A stretch of DNA of 64,000 nt. Source: an uncultured Gammaproteobacteria bacterium. Lineage in GTDB: Bacteria > Patescibacteriota > Microgenomatia > Levybacterales > GWA1-39-11. The notes below the pieces were generated by a model, which worked only from the letters and a program-made list of their open reading frames with translations, was not told the DNA's origin and did no database searches. Of this stretch, positions 30,301 to 41,028 are shown one piece after another (position 1 is the stretch's first letter; every line of letters starts with the position of its first letter). The DNA lies in NCBI GenBank assembly GCA_964448725.1, contig CAYVAJ010000002.1:66587-130586 (forward strand), given 5' to 3'. The position numbers were made by a program, and so were the translations under genes.

Positions 30301-32168
30301 AAGTTGGGAATGCACAAAGTGGTATGATTTGGGCAGATATGCCTCCATATGATTATGGGACAAAAACATCTGTTATTACTCCCACATCGTCTGGAAATTT
30401 ACATATATATGCAAATAATGGATGGCAAGGCTCAATTACAAATATAAGAATAACTTCCCCAGGTATAGAGCCACCTCCATCTACCCCACCTTCACCAGAT
30501 CCATCAGGACCAGGTCTTGTGCTTGTTAGTAGCGATGGTGCCTTAACCCCACTTGAGATGAGAGCAGGAGGAAGCGGACTATCCAACACATTTGTAGGAT
30601 ACTCTGTAGGTGGATTAAATGAATCAGGAACACATAATGCAGGGTTTGGGGCAGAAGCGCTCTATAGTTTATCACTAGGAGATTACAACACTGCTATTGG
30701 ATCTGAGGCGTTATATAACAATCTCTCAGGTTTGGACAATGTTGCATTAGGATATAAATCAGGATACCACTTAAGTGGTGGATCTGGAAATGTATTTGTT
30801 GGCTCAAATGCAGGGCCATCAAGTTCTGCTGAATTATCTAATCAATTATATATTGCAAATGCTGCAGGAAATCCTCTTATTTGGGGAGATTTCAGTGAAA
30901 AAATGGTGGGAATAAATCTTGCAGATACTACATCTGCAAATAATACGTTAAGTGTTGCTGGTAGTTTGTGTGTAACTGCAACGGGAGTATGTGAAAATAA
31001 TTCTGATGGAACGATTTATACCACCAACACGGTAGTAACAGGGGCAGATGTTGCAGAAAATTATGTGTCTGCTCAGCAGTTACATCCTGGAGATGTCGTG
31101 AGTATGGCTAACAATGGTAATTCTCAAGCAGTAGTAAAAGCACATGCTGCATCCAATACTTTGCTTGGTGTCGTTTCAACAGCTCCTGGTCTCACACTTA
31201 ATTCTGATGCGAGAACAGATAAGGTACATAAATATATATACCCAATCGCTTTAAATGGAAGAGTTCCGACAAACGTAAGTACAGAAAATGGGTTAATTTC
31301 AGTAGGTGACCCGCTTACCGTTGGCTCTACTCCAGGAGTAGCAGTAAAAGCAATAAACTCGGGATATATTATTGGACGTGCACTTGAATCATATTCTGGA
31401 TCAGGGACTGGTACGATAATAGTATATGCTAATGCAGGTTGGTACGCACCGTTGATTGTAAATGGTGATGGAAATATCGTCTCTGATTCTGAACTTGTGA
31501 TGAATACAAATAATGAGTTTTCTCTATTATCTATAAAGGGTCTACCTTCAACAGATGATACATATGAGGAATCACTACAGACTTTGGATGCAAAGATTTC
31601 AGGACTTGAAAAAAAAATCCAAGAGCTTGAAAAAAGTCTGAATCTAATCGAAGAGATTAAAAATTCTGATACAATGCCTCGATCTAAAGAAAGCAGTGAA
31701 TTATTGGATGGATTAGGTGAAATTTCTCTAGAATCTGCTTCTATTGCAGGTTCGTTAAGAGTAGAAGCACTGTATCTTGATGGAAATGGGAGTATTAGTA
31801 CACAAGATACTCCGCTTCGGCTTCAAGCAAATAGTACTCACAATATTGTGATGTTTGATGGAAGTATCATATTTGCTGCAAACGGTGATATTTCAACTTC
31901 AGGTACAGTCAAAGCAAAAAAAATTGACATTGATACAAGTGATGAAGAAGCAGCTTCAATCGGAGTTGGTACAATAAAAGAAGGTGAAAAATCAGTTACC
32001 GTCAACACAAAAGCAGTGACTGAAAAATCAAATATATTTATTACACCAAAGACGTTATTTCCCGGGATGATCGCGGTAACAGAACAGACAGAGAATGAGT
32101 CATTTAAAGTTGAAATAGAAAAAGATGCGACAAAAGATATTCTGTTTAACTGGTGGATAGTAAATTAA
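27384..32168 (+). CDS. Giant membrane-anchored fibre/adhesin-like surface protein
   Basis: N-terminal TM; G/S/T-rich beta repeats (VGIGTT); YadA-head-like NTAIG/NVALG repeats; tailspike chaperone-like domain (ADVAENY...GRVP...ENG); coiled coil; FNWWIV end. Confidence 0.8.
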   Translation: MDPDSLTRSKKTSSFLKLYGKIAAYSLAVVFGIITVVYIIDWNSESEDPTTPTKTNPMPEVLAEADSLFESGGVVFGIPTNFTAAATFGSDITVAQDTNLEGDLYYRGDLVDLSIIVDGLEIDSDSLSTILDEGVGISITGDEVLQINNTGVLSFNGLTGDVVYEIEEHNMFKNILVPGNATIVADSTNDSLTFIPGDGISLATDATGKSITITSSSASSGVNTITGIPNQVIVTRLGQDVILSLPQDFHTAASVTFSEMTLADPITSANVLSFTSSGRISTLNNADLLLGSNSTGNIQFISKGATSLLLNGSDLVASGSLTGVTDFSASGEIELTSLANGIVQAQGYTLTSGPINLASSNHVSGILSAENGGTGTDKTPLDGQILIGSGHTKSYEPRHLSVGTGISVTRNPYSLTLTNSGVTKIAGGVRHILVNGSYSPTGLTGDVTLTLPQILDTVASPTFAALRLTSHEDILTFTAESGDLAYLQIGELTQNRNYTLPDESGTFCLTSGNCVGIGGGLVGTGTANYIPKYSNANTLTPSLIYDDGSSVGVGTTLPLLGVALDVNGSLRIGVARGTYDILNTVPAQGDPLASLFWGDRTLCDSSGSCQGTAGAGVESMGTDGYIALFSNSGNTLANSLIYDSGSAVGIGTTTLTGFITISGSSENSALSINQTNSVGDIISASIEGEEKMILTSVGDLDLVSGVYKNKGNSGATVGGYSCVTTSGGIVTGSGACPVDPSATLWESQGSLTFAKNTNHNFALGGTTVNNAKFAVLNIDSGDPTIWLRSSPTQTLSITSSGTFKTINDANITLESGEDIVLKPGSGDIVVEGKLVTPESSDLIVEPEGSFHVRPHGQQVLSVSTDGVGVNTTISRGAFTIKELSSFPTQGEGEGTPDNNLILDPADSNFSSNTGHWTLWSGWSISGGRLTYSGGIATASLENQYIGNYIEAGKTYTVKFDLLETTSPGAIGIQVGNAQSGMIWADMPPYDYGTKTSVITPTSSGNLHIYANNGWQGSITNIRITSPGIEPPPSTPPSPDPSGPGLVLVSSDGALTPLEMRAGGSGLSNTFVGYSVGGLNESGTHNAGFGAEALYSLSLGDYNTAIGSEALYNNLSGLDNVALGYKSGYHLSGGSGNVFVGSNAGPSSSAELSNQLYIANAAGNPLIWGDFSEKMVGINLADTTSANNTLSVAGSLCVTATGVCENNSDGTIYTTNTVVTGADVAENYVSAQQLHPGDVVSMANNGNSQAVVKAHAASNTLLGVVSTAPGLTLNSDARTDKVHKYIYPIALNGRVPTNVSTENGLISVGDPLTVGSTPGVAVKAINSGYIIGRALESYSGSGTGTIIVYANAGWYAPLIVNGDGNIVSDSELVMNTNNEFSLLSIKGLPSTDDTYEESLQTLDAKISGLEKKIQELEKSLNLIEEIKNSDTMPRSKESSELLDGLGEISLESASIAGSLRVEALYLDGNGSISTQDTPLRLQANSTHNIVMFDGSIIFAANGDISTSGTVKAKKIDIDTSDEEAASIGVGTIKEGEKSVTVNTKAVTEKSNIFITPKTLFPGMIAVTEQTENESFKVEIEKDATKDILFNWWIVN

Positions 32169-32169
32169 T

Positions 32170-32976
32170 ATGAACATGACCTGCCTAATCAAAAAAATTG
32201 TATCAACAAAAAATATTCTTTGTCTCACCGCACTGATACTTCTCAGTATGTCGATGTTTACAATACCAACGCTCGCAACAGTCTCCTATGGAATTGCTAA
32301 CCGTATTACCATAGACGATACCAATGTAAGAACAGGGAGTATTGTTTCATCACGTGGAACAGGGGGATTTATTTTAAGCAGCATTCCCTATGACCCTTCG
32401 ATTGTTGGTGTTGTTACGGATAATCCGGCAATTTTAATTCATCTCAGTAATGCACAAGGAGAATATCCGGTTGTCTCAACTGGAAATGCGATGGTAACAG
32501 TATCACTTGAGAATGGATCAATTAAAAAGGGGGACCCTATTACCACTTCTTCTGTAAAAGGGGTGGGAATGAAGGCGACAAAATCAGGGTATGTAGTAGG
32601 TAATGCAACGCAAGATTTTTCTGGTAACAATCCTAACGAGATGCGGGCAATAAATGTAGCAGTCAATATCCGTTATCAGAATCCTAAAATTGATGTTCAA
32701 TCAAAACTTTCTGATATTGCCAATTTATCTGCGGCTGCAGTTTCAGAAGAACCATTAACCGTTTTTAAGTATGTAGTAGCTGGATTTATTATTATCCTCT
32801 CTTTTATTATTGGTTTTTTGACATTTGGAAGAATAGCAGCACGAGGAGTGGATGCGTTAGGAAGAAATCCTTTAGCCATTAAGAGAATTGGATTTGGAAT
32901 CGCGCTTAATGTTATCATAACAGTAGGCATCATTATCTCAGGAATCGGTATTTCTGTTTTCATTTTAAGAATATAG
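32170..32976 (+). CDS. Secreted beta domain fused to ATP synthase subunit c-like hairpin
   Basis: Signal/TM, ENGSIKKGDPITTS domain, then TM-GVDALGRNP-TM; no acidic residue in helix 2. Confidence 0.72.
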   Translation: MNMTCLIKKIVSTKNILCLTALILLSMSMFTIPTLATVSYGIANRITIDDTNVRTGSIVSSRGTGGFILSSIPYDPSIVGVVTDNPAILIHLSNAQGEYPVVSTGNAMVTVSLENGSIKKGDPITTSSVKGVGMKATKSGYVVGNATQDFSGNNPNEMRAINVAVNIRYQNPKIDVQSKLSDIANLSAAAVSEEPLTVFKYVVAGFIIILSFIIGFLTFGRIAARGVDALGRNPLAIKRIGFGIALNVIITVGIIISGIGISVFILRI

Positions 32977-32977
32977 T

Positions 32978-33667
32978 ATGGAACTTATTGTGCTTTTAAT
33001 TACATTAGTCATTACTGCAGGTTTTATTGCTCTCTTCGTTTTTTGGCGCAAACTTAAAATAAAAGAGAAAAGAATTCAAAGAATTGAGTCTAGACTTCAT
33101 CGCCATTCTGTAAAAACAATGGAACAAGTACATCAAAACTCTGAACAGATTCTCCGCGAGTCATTGAGTAAAGCTTCAGATATTATCAAAGATACGAAAA
33201 CGGTGAAAGAAGAAAATGAGAAAAAGCTCGAGGAAGTCTTACAACAGACTGCAAAGCAACATGTAGATATTTTAGAACAGCAGTTGGGGGAAATTTCAGA
33301 TACGTTCGGTGCAGAGTTTGAGAATCTTGAAAAATTGTATGAAAAACAGGCTAAAAAAACATTGTCTAAGATGGAGTCTACTGGAAAAGTTGGATTGGAA
33401 AAATTGGAAAAGGTTTTAGACAAACAAACAGTTTCATTGCAAAATTATCTTAAGCTGAAAGTAGATTCTGAGTTTGAGAAAGCACAACGTGAGATTGATA
33501 ACTACAAAAGGGCTGAATTGAAAAAAGTAGATAAATCAATTCAAGAATTAGTTAAAAAAACTGTTTCTGAAGTGATTGGAAAAAGTATTCCAATGAGTGA
33601 GCATGAAAAGCTCATTATTGCAGCTCTAGATGAAGCAAAACTCGAAGGTATGTTTAATCATGAATAA
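32978..33667 (+). CDS. Subunit b-like peripheral stalk protein
   Basis: Single N-terminal TM plus long charged coiled coil; position between c-like and delta. Confidence 0.65.
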   Translation: MELIVLLITLVITAGFIALFVFWRKLKIKEKRIQRIESRLHRHSVKTMEQVHQNSEQILRESLSKASDIIKDTKTVKEENEKKLEEVLQQTAKQHVDILEQQLGEISDTFGAEFENLEKLYEKQAKKTLSKMESTGKVGLEKLEKVLDKQTVSLQNYLKLKVDSEFEKAQREIDNYKRAELKKVDKSIQELVKKTVSEVIGKSIPMSEHEKLIIAALDEAKLEGMFNHE

Positions 33668-34127
33668 AGAGGCTTATATCGAAATACTAAAAAATATATA
33701 TACAAAAAAACAAGCTGACACATTTGTTGCAAATATAGATACGCTTATCGCATCTCTTTACAGTAAGGGAAGAACTCTCAATAAAATACAAGCAACTTTT
33801 TCATTGGAGCTCAGTGAGGAAATTATTGAGGTGATGAGAAAAGAAAAAATCTCGTTCAATGATAATGATGCTTGTAAAAAATTTTTTGAATCATTACGAA
33901 AGATCGTATTGGATATACCTACAATTGATCTCACAATTTCGTTTGATCCAACGCTTTCACAAGTCCAGAAAATTTGCCACTGGATTATCAACAATAAAAA
34001 AGAAAAGCATCTTTTACATATAATTGTTGATCCAGGAATAATCGGGGGTGTACAGATAGGATTGGACGGTCGGTACAAAGATAAATCACTGAAAGCTAAG
34101 CTTGGAGATATGACAATTTCCCTATGA
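33660..34127 (+). CDS. atpH: F1 delta-like subunit
   Basis: C-terminal VDPGIIGGVQI.LDGRYKDKSL OSCP motif; N-terminal half divergent. Confidence 0.75.
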   Translation: MNKEAYIEILKNIYTKKQADTFVANIDTLIASLYSKGRTLNKIQATFSLELSEEIIEVMRKEKISFNDNDACKKFFESLRKIVLDIPTIDLTISFDPTLSQVQKICHWIINNKKEKHLLHIIVDPGIIGGVQIGLDGRYKDKSLKAKLGDMTISL

Positions 34128-35596
34128 ACAATTTTTCTCAATATTTGGAAACAACAGGAGAGTATGGTGTGGTTAAGGAGTTGAAGTCTTCGATTGTAAA
34201 GGCTTCAGGTATTCCCAAAGCAAAACTCCATGAATTGGTACTTTTTGAGTCAGGCAAAATGGGACAGGTTTTTTCAGCCAGTCGGGATATTGTCGAGGTT
34301 CTCACGTTCTCAAAAGAGCCAGTAGCAATCGGTGAGAGATTTGTACGAACTAATAGGATGATTTCTGTGCCAGTAGGGGAAAGTCTGCTTGGTACAATTA
34401 TTGATCCTCTAGGATTACCTTTCCCAAACGTAAAAAACTTTAAGAGACCCAAAGAGATGCGTGAGATTTTTGTTGAAGCGCAAAAAATTGATGTACGTGA
34501 GGCAATCAATAAACCTCTTTTGACGGGTGTGAATATTGTTGATTTGTTGGTTCCTTTAGGTATGGGACAAAAAGAGCTTGTTATTGGTGACAGAAAAACC
34601 GGAAAAACTGCGTTCGTGCAAACTACGATGGTTAACCAAATAAAAAATAACAATTGTATTGTTATTTATGCAGGAGTTGCAAGAAAAACTCATGAGATAA
34701 AAAGACTTCATAACTACCTTCTCACTGAGAAGATAATGGATAAAGTGATAATTGTAGCCTCTGATTCTCAGGATTCACCTAGTCTCATTTATTTAACTCC
34801 ATACACTGCAATGACGATTGCTGAGTATTTTCGTGATCAAGGACAGGATGTCTTATTGATTTTGGACGATTTATCTACTCATGCAAAATTTTATCGCGAA
34901 GTTTCTCTCGTGGGTAAAAGATTTCCAGGAAGAGACTCATATCCAGGTGACATTTTTTATGTACATGCTCGACTTTTAGAAAGGACAGGAAACTTTACGC
35001 ATGCAAAAAAAGGGGCTGTTTCAATATCCTGTCTGCCGATAGTCGAGATAGTGGAGGGCGATTTGGCATCGTATATCGCGACTAATATTATGGGTATGAC
35101 AGACGGACATATACTCTTTGATAGCGGTGCATTTCATGATGGAAGACGTCCTGCTATCACTCCCTCTCTCTCTGTGACGAGGGTAGGAAAACAAGCACAA
35201 TCAAAACTCAGGCGTGAGATTACTCAGACCTTAACTGCGTTTTTAGCAGAATATGAAAAAATGCAAAATTATTCCTACTTTGGAGCGGAGCTTTCGGATA
35301 AAGTAAAAGATTTATTAACTACCGGTGATAAAATGTACCGCTTATTTAACCAATCATATAGGCTCATCGTACCTGAAAAAGTGCAGACTATCTTATTTAT
35401 GCTTACGTGGATGAAAGCATTTAATACGTACACCAATGATCAAATTGAGACAGCAATCACAAATCTTTCACACGTTGCAGAGGAAGGTAAATTAGATCAG
35501 CTTTTTAATGCATTAGAGAAAGTAGAGACACTTAAAGAACTTGAGAAATTAGTTGAGATGAATAAAAGTAAAATTCTCAAATTATGCAAAGTTTAA
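34124..35596 (+). CDS. atpA: F1 alpha subunit (divergent)
   Basis: GDRKTGKT, DDLSTHA, PGRDSYPGDIFYVHARLLER, SVTRVG. Confidence 0.93.
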   Translation: MNNFSQYLETTGEYGVVKELKSSIVKASGIPKAKLHELVLFESGKMGQVFSASRDIVEVLTFSKEPVAIGERFVRTNRMISVPVGESLLGTIIDPLGLPFPNVKNFKRPKEMREIFVEAQKIDVREAINKPLLTGVNIVDLLVPLGMGQKELVIGDRKTGKTAFVQTTMVNQIKNNNCIVIYAGVARKTHEIKRLHNYLLTEKIMDKVIIVASDSQDSPSLIYLTPYTAMTIAEYFRDQGQDVLLILDDLSTHAKFYREVSLVGKRFPGRDSYPGDIFYVHARLLERTGNFTHAKKGAVSISCLPIVEIVEGDLASYIATNIMGMTDGHILFDSGAFHDGRRPAITPSLSVTRVGKQAQSKLRREITQTLTAFLAEYEKMQNYSYFGAELSDKVKDLLTTGDKMYRLFNQSYRLIVPEKVQTILFMLTWMKAFNTYTNDQIETAITNLSHVAEEGKLDQLFNALEKVETLKELEKLVEMNKSKILKLCKV

Positions 35597-36495
35597 AAGA
35601 ACTACGTGAAAATATTGCAGCTGTGGGAACTATGGGAATGGTTGTTCAAGCTATGCAGGAAATCTCAGTTATGAAGATGCAAAAAGAGAGAAATGGTGTG
35701 GTGCAGACCCGTTTTTTACTCGATCGATTAACAGATGTTTTTTATGATGTTAAAACAAATTATAGAAAAAAGATATTACGAATTGTCAGGAAAAAAAATA
35801 AAGATCTTGAAGAACATTCTTCTTTTGTTAAAAACGGAAAATCTGCTGCTGTTTTTCTTTCATCAAATGGAAAGCTTCAAGGAGATATTATTGCCAAAGT
35901 TTATAAATACTATGCAGAGTCGATCAAAAATAAAACAGATGATATTTTTATTGTGGGTAAGGTAGGAAAGGCGATGTATGAAAGTAGCGGATCTAAAAAA
36001 CCGATCCAATACTTTGAAATTCCTGATAGTGATGTGAAAATTGATGACTTAAAAGAGTTAGTATTGAGCTTGATCAACTATCAGAAAGTCGATGTATATT
36101 ATGGAAAATTTGAGAGTATTGTTACTCAAAACCCTACTGTTTCAAATGTTTCAGGGCATAAAACAGAAGATAATATTCAGAACTTACTATACAAAGATGT
36201 TGAGGAAAAAGATAAAAATGGAAAAGAAAAAGATGATTATAAACACTTTCTTTTTGAGCCATCACTTGAAAATATTTTGCAGTTTTTTGAAACACAGGTA
36301 TTTGCCTCTCTATTTAAACAAACAGTAAGTGAGGCACAACTTGCGCGCTATGGGTCACGAATACGTTCTATGGGTGAGGCAATTGGACATATTGAGGGCG
36401 AAAAGAAAAATTTATTAAGCAAAGAAAGGAGGACCAAGCAGATGATCAATAATAAGAAACAGTTAGAAAGGCTATCAGGGGTCATGCTTTGGTAA
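35584..36495 (+). CDS. atpG: F1 gamma subunit (divergent)
   Basis: N-terminal helix LKELRENI...AMQEIS..KM, FEPS, C-terminal SE..ARYGSRIRSM; gene order. Confidence 0.85.
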   Translation: MQSLKELRENIAAVGTMGMVVQAMQEISVMKMQKERNGVVQTRFLLDRLTDVFYDVKTNYRKKILRIVRKKNKDLEEHSSFVKNGKSAAVFLSSNGKLQGDIIAKVYKYYAESIKNKTDDIFIVGKVGKAMYESSGSKKPIQYFEIPDSDVKIDDLKELVLSLINYQKVDVYYGKFESIVTQNPTVSNVSGHKTEDNIQNLLYKDVEEKDKNGKEKDDYKHFLFEPSLENILQFFETQVFASLFKQTVSEAQLARYGSRIRSMGEAIGHIEGEKKNLLSKERRTKQMINNKKQLERLSGVMLW

Positions 36496-37881
<1,386 letters not shown>

Positions 37882-37884
37882 CAT

Positions 37885-38268
37885 ATGGAAGAAAATAAGC
37901 CAGTTACAAAACAGAGCACACCTCCTCGTGAAGAATTGGCAGTCAATATTGTGAGTGCTGATGAAAATGTATTTGATGGGACTGTATACATGCTTACATC
38001 AAAAAACAATGAAGGAGAGTTTGATGTATTACCCCTCCATACAAATTTTATTACCTTGATTGAGGAAAAAATAATCTTACACAAAACTTCAAAAGAGAAG
38101 AAGGAAATACCGATAACTAATGGGGTACTCAAAGTAGCAGAAAATCAGGTGAGTATTATCTTAGGACCGTTTGTCGGTGCAGACCTATTACCAGAAGACA
38201 TACTTCAATCGTCAACACGTTCAGTAGGTTCAAAAATAGATAAGATTAAAAAACTGTTTGTTGACTAA
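37885..38268 (+). CDS. atpC: F1 epsilon-like subunit
   Basis: IVS....FDG.V......EGEFDVLPLHTNFIT, GVLKV. Confidence 0.85.
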   Translation: MEENKPVTKQSTPPREELAVNIVSADENVFDGTVYMLTSKNNEGEFDVLPLHTNFITLIEEKIILHKTSKEKKEIPITNGVLKVAENQVSIILGPFVGADLLPEDILQSSTRSVGSKIDKIKKLFVD

Positions 38269-38297
38269 CTCCTTACTCTTTCTCGCTTTTACCATAC

Positions 38298-38336
38298 AAA
38301 GAAAAGGTGTGAACTTAAACCACCTGGGAGGTGGAA
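38298..38336 (+). repeat. 39-bp dispersed repeat, copy 2
   Basis: AAAGAAAAGGTGTGAACTTAAACCACCTGGGAGGTGGAA. Confidence 0.85.
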
Positions 38337-38470
38337 CTTTTAATACCAAAATTGAAGTGATGAATATAATATCCGCTCCTGTAGATATAAACCTATAATA
38401 TTGTGGAAAATATTCTTTTAGTGTATAATACCCGCTATTGCTCGTTAACAGTATAGTTTAAGGAGGGATC

Positions 38471-39196
38471 ATGAATCCAATACTAAAGACCCTTCTGGCT
38501 GTTGTGTCTTTAGTCCTATCCTATTTCACATGGAAATGGATGTTTGGAGGCAATGTGTCGCTGGCAGTGATTGTTGGGGTAAGTGTAGTGCTCCATGAGA
38601 TTGGACACGGAATAGTACTTCGGTACTATGGACACCGCTTCAAGATGGTGTTTTTGCCAATTGGAGCTGCTGTCATTCCTGATAATACACAGGCTCTGCG
38701 TGAATCTCCCTTGGGTCAGCAAGCGAAAGTATTTCTCGCTGGTCCACTGGTAACCGTAGTATTAATTCTTGCCGGATTAGCGCTCGCTGTGAGTCCTCAG
38801 TGGTACAGGGAGGGAATTGCATTAGCCGCAATAAATGCTGCTCTTGGTGCAATGAATTTAATCCCCTGGGGGAAGTGGCTTGATGGCGGCGTATTTATTC
38901 GGATGCTCTTTCGGAGCATGACGAAGGATCAGCGTACCAAAATGAAGAATATCATTATTGGCGCGTGCGTCATCTGTGGCATATTCCATAGTTTTGGATA
39001 TGTCACTCTGATTCTGGGCCTATCAATTCTTGGAGTAGTAAAGGAGTCAAAGAGGGAAACTTTTTCTGACTCCCAATCTTCCGCACTAATAGGCCCTGCG
39101 CAAGGGATGAGACTATTTGTTTTATTTCTTGCGATGCTGTCAATCTCTTTGTTGGTAGCAGGTTTAACCCTGCCACTGAGAGAACTATACTTGTAG
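38471..39196 (+). CDS. Site-2 protease (M50) family membrane metalloprotease
   Basis: HEIGH, AGP, NLIP....LDGG. Confidence 0.88.
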   Translation: MNPILKTLLAVVSLVLSYFTWKWMFGGNVSLAVIVGVSVVLHEIGHGIVLRYYGHRFKMVFLPIGAAVIPDNTQALRESPLGQQAKVFLAGPLVTVVLILAGLALAVSPQWYREGIALAAINAALGAMNLIPWGKWLDGGVFIRMLFRSMTKDQRTKMKNIIIGACVICGIFHSFGYVTLILGLSILGVVKESKRETFSDSQSSALIGPAQGMRLFVLFLAMLSISLLVAGLTLPLRELYL

Positions 39197-39241
39197 CAAA
39201 CATAGCAAAAAAAGCACCGTAAGGTTAGACCACATATGATG

Positions 39242-39284
39242 TGGCAAAAAGCCACGTTTGACTTGGCAAAAAGCCACATTTGAC
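39242..39284. repeat. 22-bp tandem duplication
   Basis: TGGCAAAAAGCCAC(G/A)TTTGAC twice. Confidence 0.75.
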
Positions 39285-39405
39285 GTGGTGAGAAAGGAAT
39301 GCCTATGGCACACTTCCTGCACATGCAGGACGAAGAAAGTGACTAAGGGCTCCCAGTCTTAATAACCCCAAGGTGCTTTCTTCGTGATTAGTGCAAAAAA
39401 TATAC

Positions 39406-39825
39406 TTACGAGTTAGCTTTTGGACTGGTAATATTTACCATCCAATCAATACCGAATTTATCAGTAAGCATACCAAAAGTATCACCCCACGGAGCTTTTT
39501 CAAGAGGCATTACCTGAGTACCACCTTCAAGAAGCTTAGTCCAGTAATCACGCAGTTCTTCTTCATTCTCACCACTGAGTGACATACTAAAGTTCTTTCC
39601 TGGCTTATATTCCATATTACTTGGAGTATCAGAAGCCATAAAGGTTATGCCATTCTCAGCTTCTAGCATAGCATGCATAATTTTATTCTCATCGCTTGGA
39701 TCTTGTGAGACATTAAATTCTTTAAATGTGCTCATATCAAGTTTGCCACCAAAGACAGATTGGTAAAATTCCATTGCTTCACGGGTAGTATCTCTAAAAT
39801 TGAGATATGGAGTTAATCTTGTCAT
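39406..39825 (-). CDS. VOC family protein (PhnB-like)
   Basis: LTPYLNF...AMEFYQSVFG, IMHA, WGDTFGMLTDKFGIDWM; SD AAGGAGG. Confidence 0.88.
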   Translation of the reverse strand: MTRLTPYLNFRDTTREAMEFYQSVFGGKLDMSTFKEFNVSQDPSDENKIMHAMLEAENGITFMASDTPSNMEYKPGKNFSMSLSGENEEELRDYWTKLLEGGTQVMPLEKAPWGDTFGMLTDKFGIDWMVNITSPKANS

Positions 39826-39978
39826 AGTTACACCTCCTTTCAACAAAATACTATTCTCTTTTTCGATTATATCACGCAATTTAATTACATACTTTGTATC
39901 TGGAAAATATCTTTACAATCAAAATACTTAACTCTTATAGAACGTTTAAGAGGAGAGGATAGAATTGGGGATAGTAGT

Positions 39979-41016
39979 ATGAAGGTTTTTACTCTTTTTA
40001 TTCTTTTTTTCTTCAGTGCTTTTTTTACCGCTACTTTGGTTATGACAGTACACACAATGAGTAAGTCTGTAATGAGTGATAATTCACAAAATACTACAGA
40101 TTTAGATCCACTGTCGATTGAGTATCTTCGTAATATTGAGTATGACGGAAGTGAACTGCACATAGAAGAAAAATTAAAATCTGAAAATGACTATGAAGAA
40201 TATATTGTTTCGTATCTATCGGAAGGCTTGAAGATTTACGCACTTTTATCAATTCCAAAAGGTATAGAACCAAGAAATGGATGGCCAGCAATTATTGTCA
40301 ATCACGGCGATATTCCACCAAGCCAGTATAGAACAGAAGAGAAGTATGTCCCTCATATAAACAGTCTTGTATCAAACGGATATATAGTTTTGAAACCTGA
40401 TTATCGAGGACATGGTAACTCACAGGGAATAGCAATTAACGCATATTCAGTTCCGGATTATACAATAGATGTTTTGAACGCTATTGCTTCTTTGCGCAAA
40501 TTTTCAAAAGTTGATTCAAAAAGGATTGGCCTTTGGGGTCATTCCACCGGCGGGCATATAACATTGCGTGCAATGGTTGTAGATCCTCATATAAAAGCGG
40601 GTGTGATCTGGGGTGGTGTCGTAGGTTCATATGAGGAACTTCTTGAAGAATGGCCATCATATTGGGAGATAACAAATACACCTGTTCCAGCAGATGATAC
40701 AAAAAATCCTTTGCAAAATTGGCGTTCATATCTTGTGTCAACATATGGACAACCTACAGAAAATTCGGATGAATGGAACGCAATCTCTGCAACCACATAT
40801 CTCAGTGATATCTCAGGTCCTTTACAATTACATCATGCACAAAGCGATACGTGGGTACCTGTTGTATTATCAGAATTACTGCATGAAAAAATGGATCAGC
40901 ACAATAAATATTCTCAACTTTTCAAGTACCAGGAAGATGATCACAATCTCACAGCAAATTATGCAGTAGCAATGGAACGATCAGTGCAGTTTTTTGATCA
41001 GTATGTAAAAGAGTGA
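39979..41016 (+). CDS. Exported S9-like alpha/beta hydrolase
   Basis: Signal/TM, PDYRGHG, GHSTGG, D and H catalytic residues. Confidence 0.85.
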   Translation: MKVFTLFILFFFSAFFTATLVMTVHTMSKSVMSDNSQNTTDLDPLSIEYLRNIEYDGSELHIEEKLKSENDYEEYIVSYLSEGLKIYALLSIPKGIEPRNGWPAIIVNHGDIPPSQYRTEEKYVPHINSLVSNGYIVLKPDYRGHGNSQGIAINAYSVPDYTIDVLNAIASLRKFSKVDSKRIGLWGHSTGGHITLRAMVVDPHIKAGVIWGGVVGSYEELLEEWPSYWEITNTPVPADDTKNPLQNWRSYLVSTYGQPTENSDEWNAISATTYLSDISGPLQLHHAQSDTWVPVVLSELLHEKMDQHNKYSQLFKYQEDDHNLTANYAVAMERSVQFFDQYVKE

Positions 41017-41028
41017 TTTATTTTTAGA

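Noticed and set aside
38471-39196. Missing ATP synthase subunit a
   Set aside because: HEIGH and NLIP..DGG identify an M50 protease; it has its own promoter and SD.
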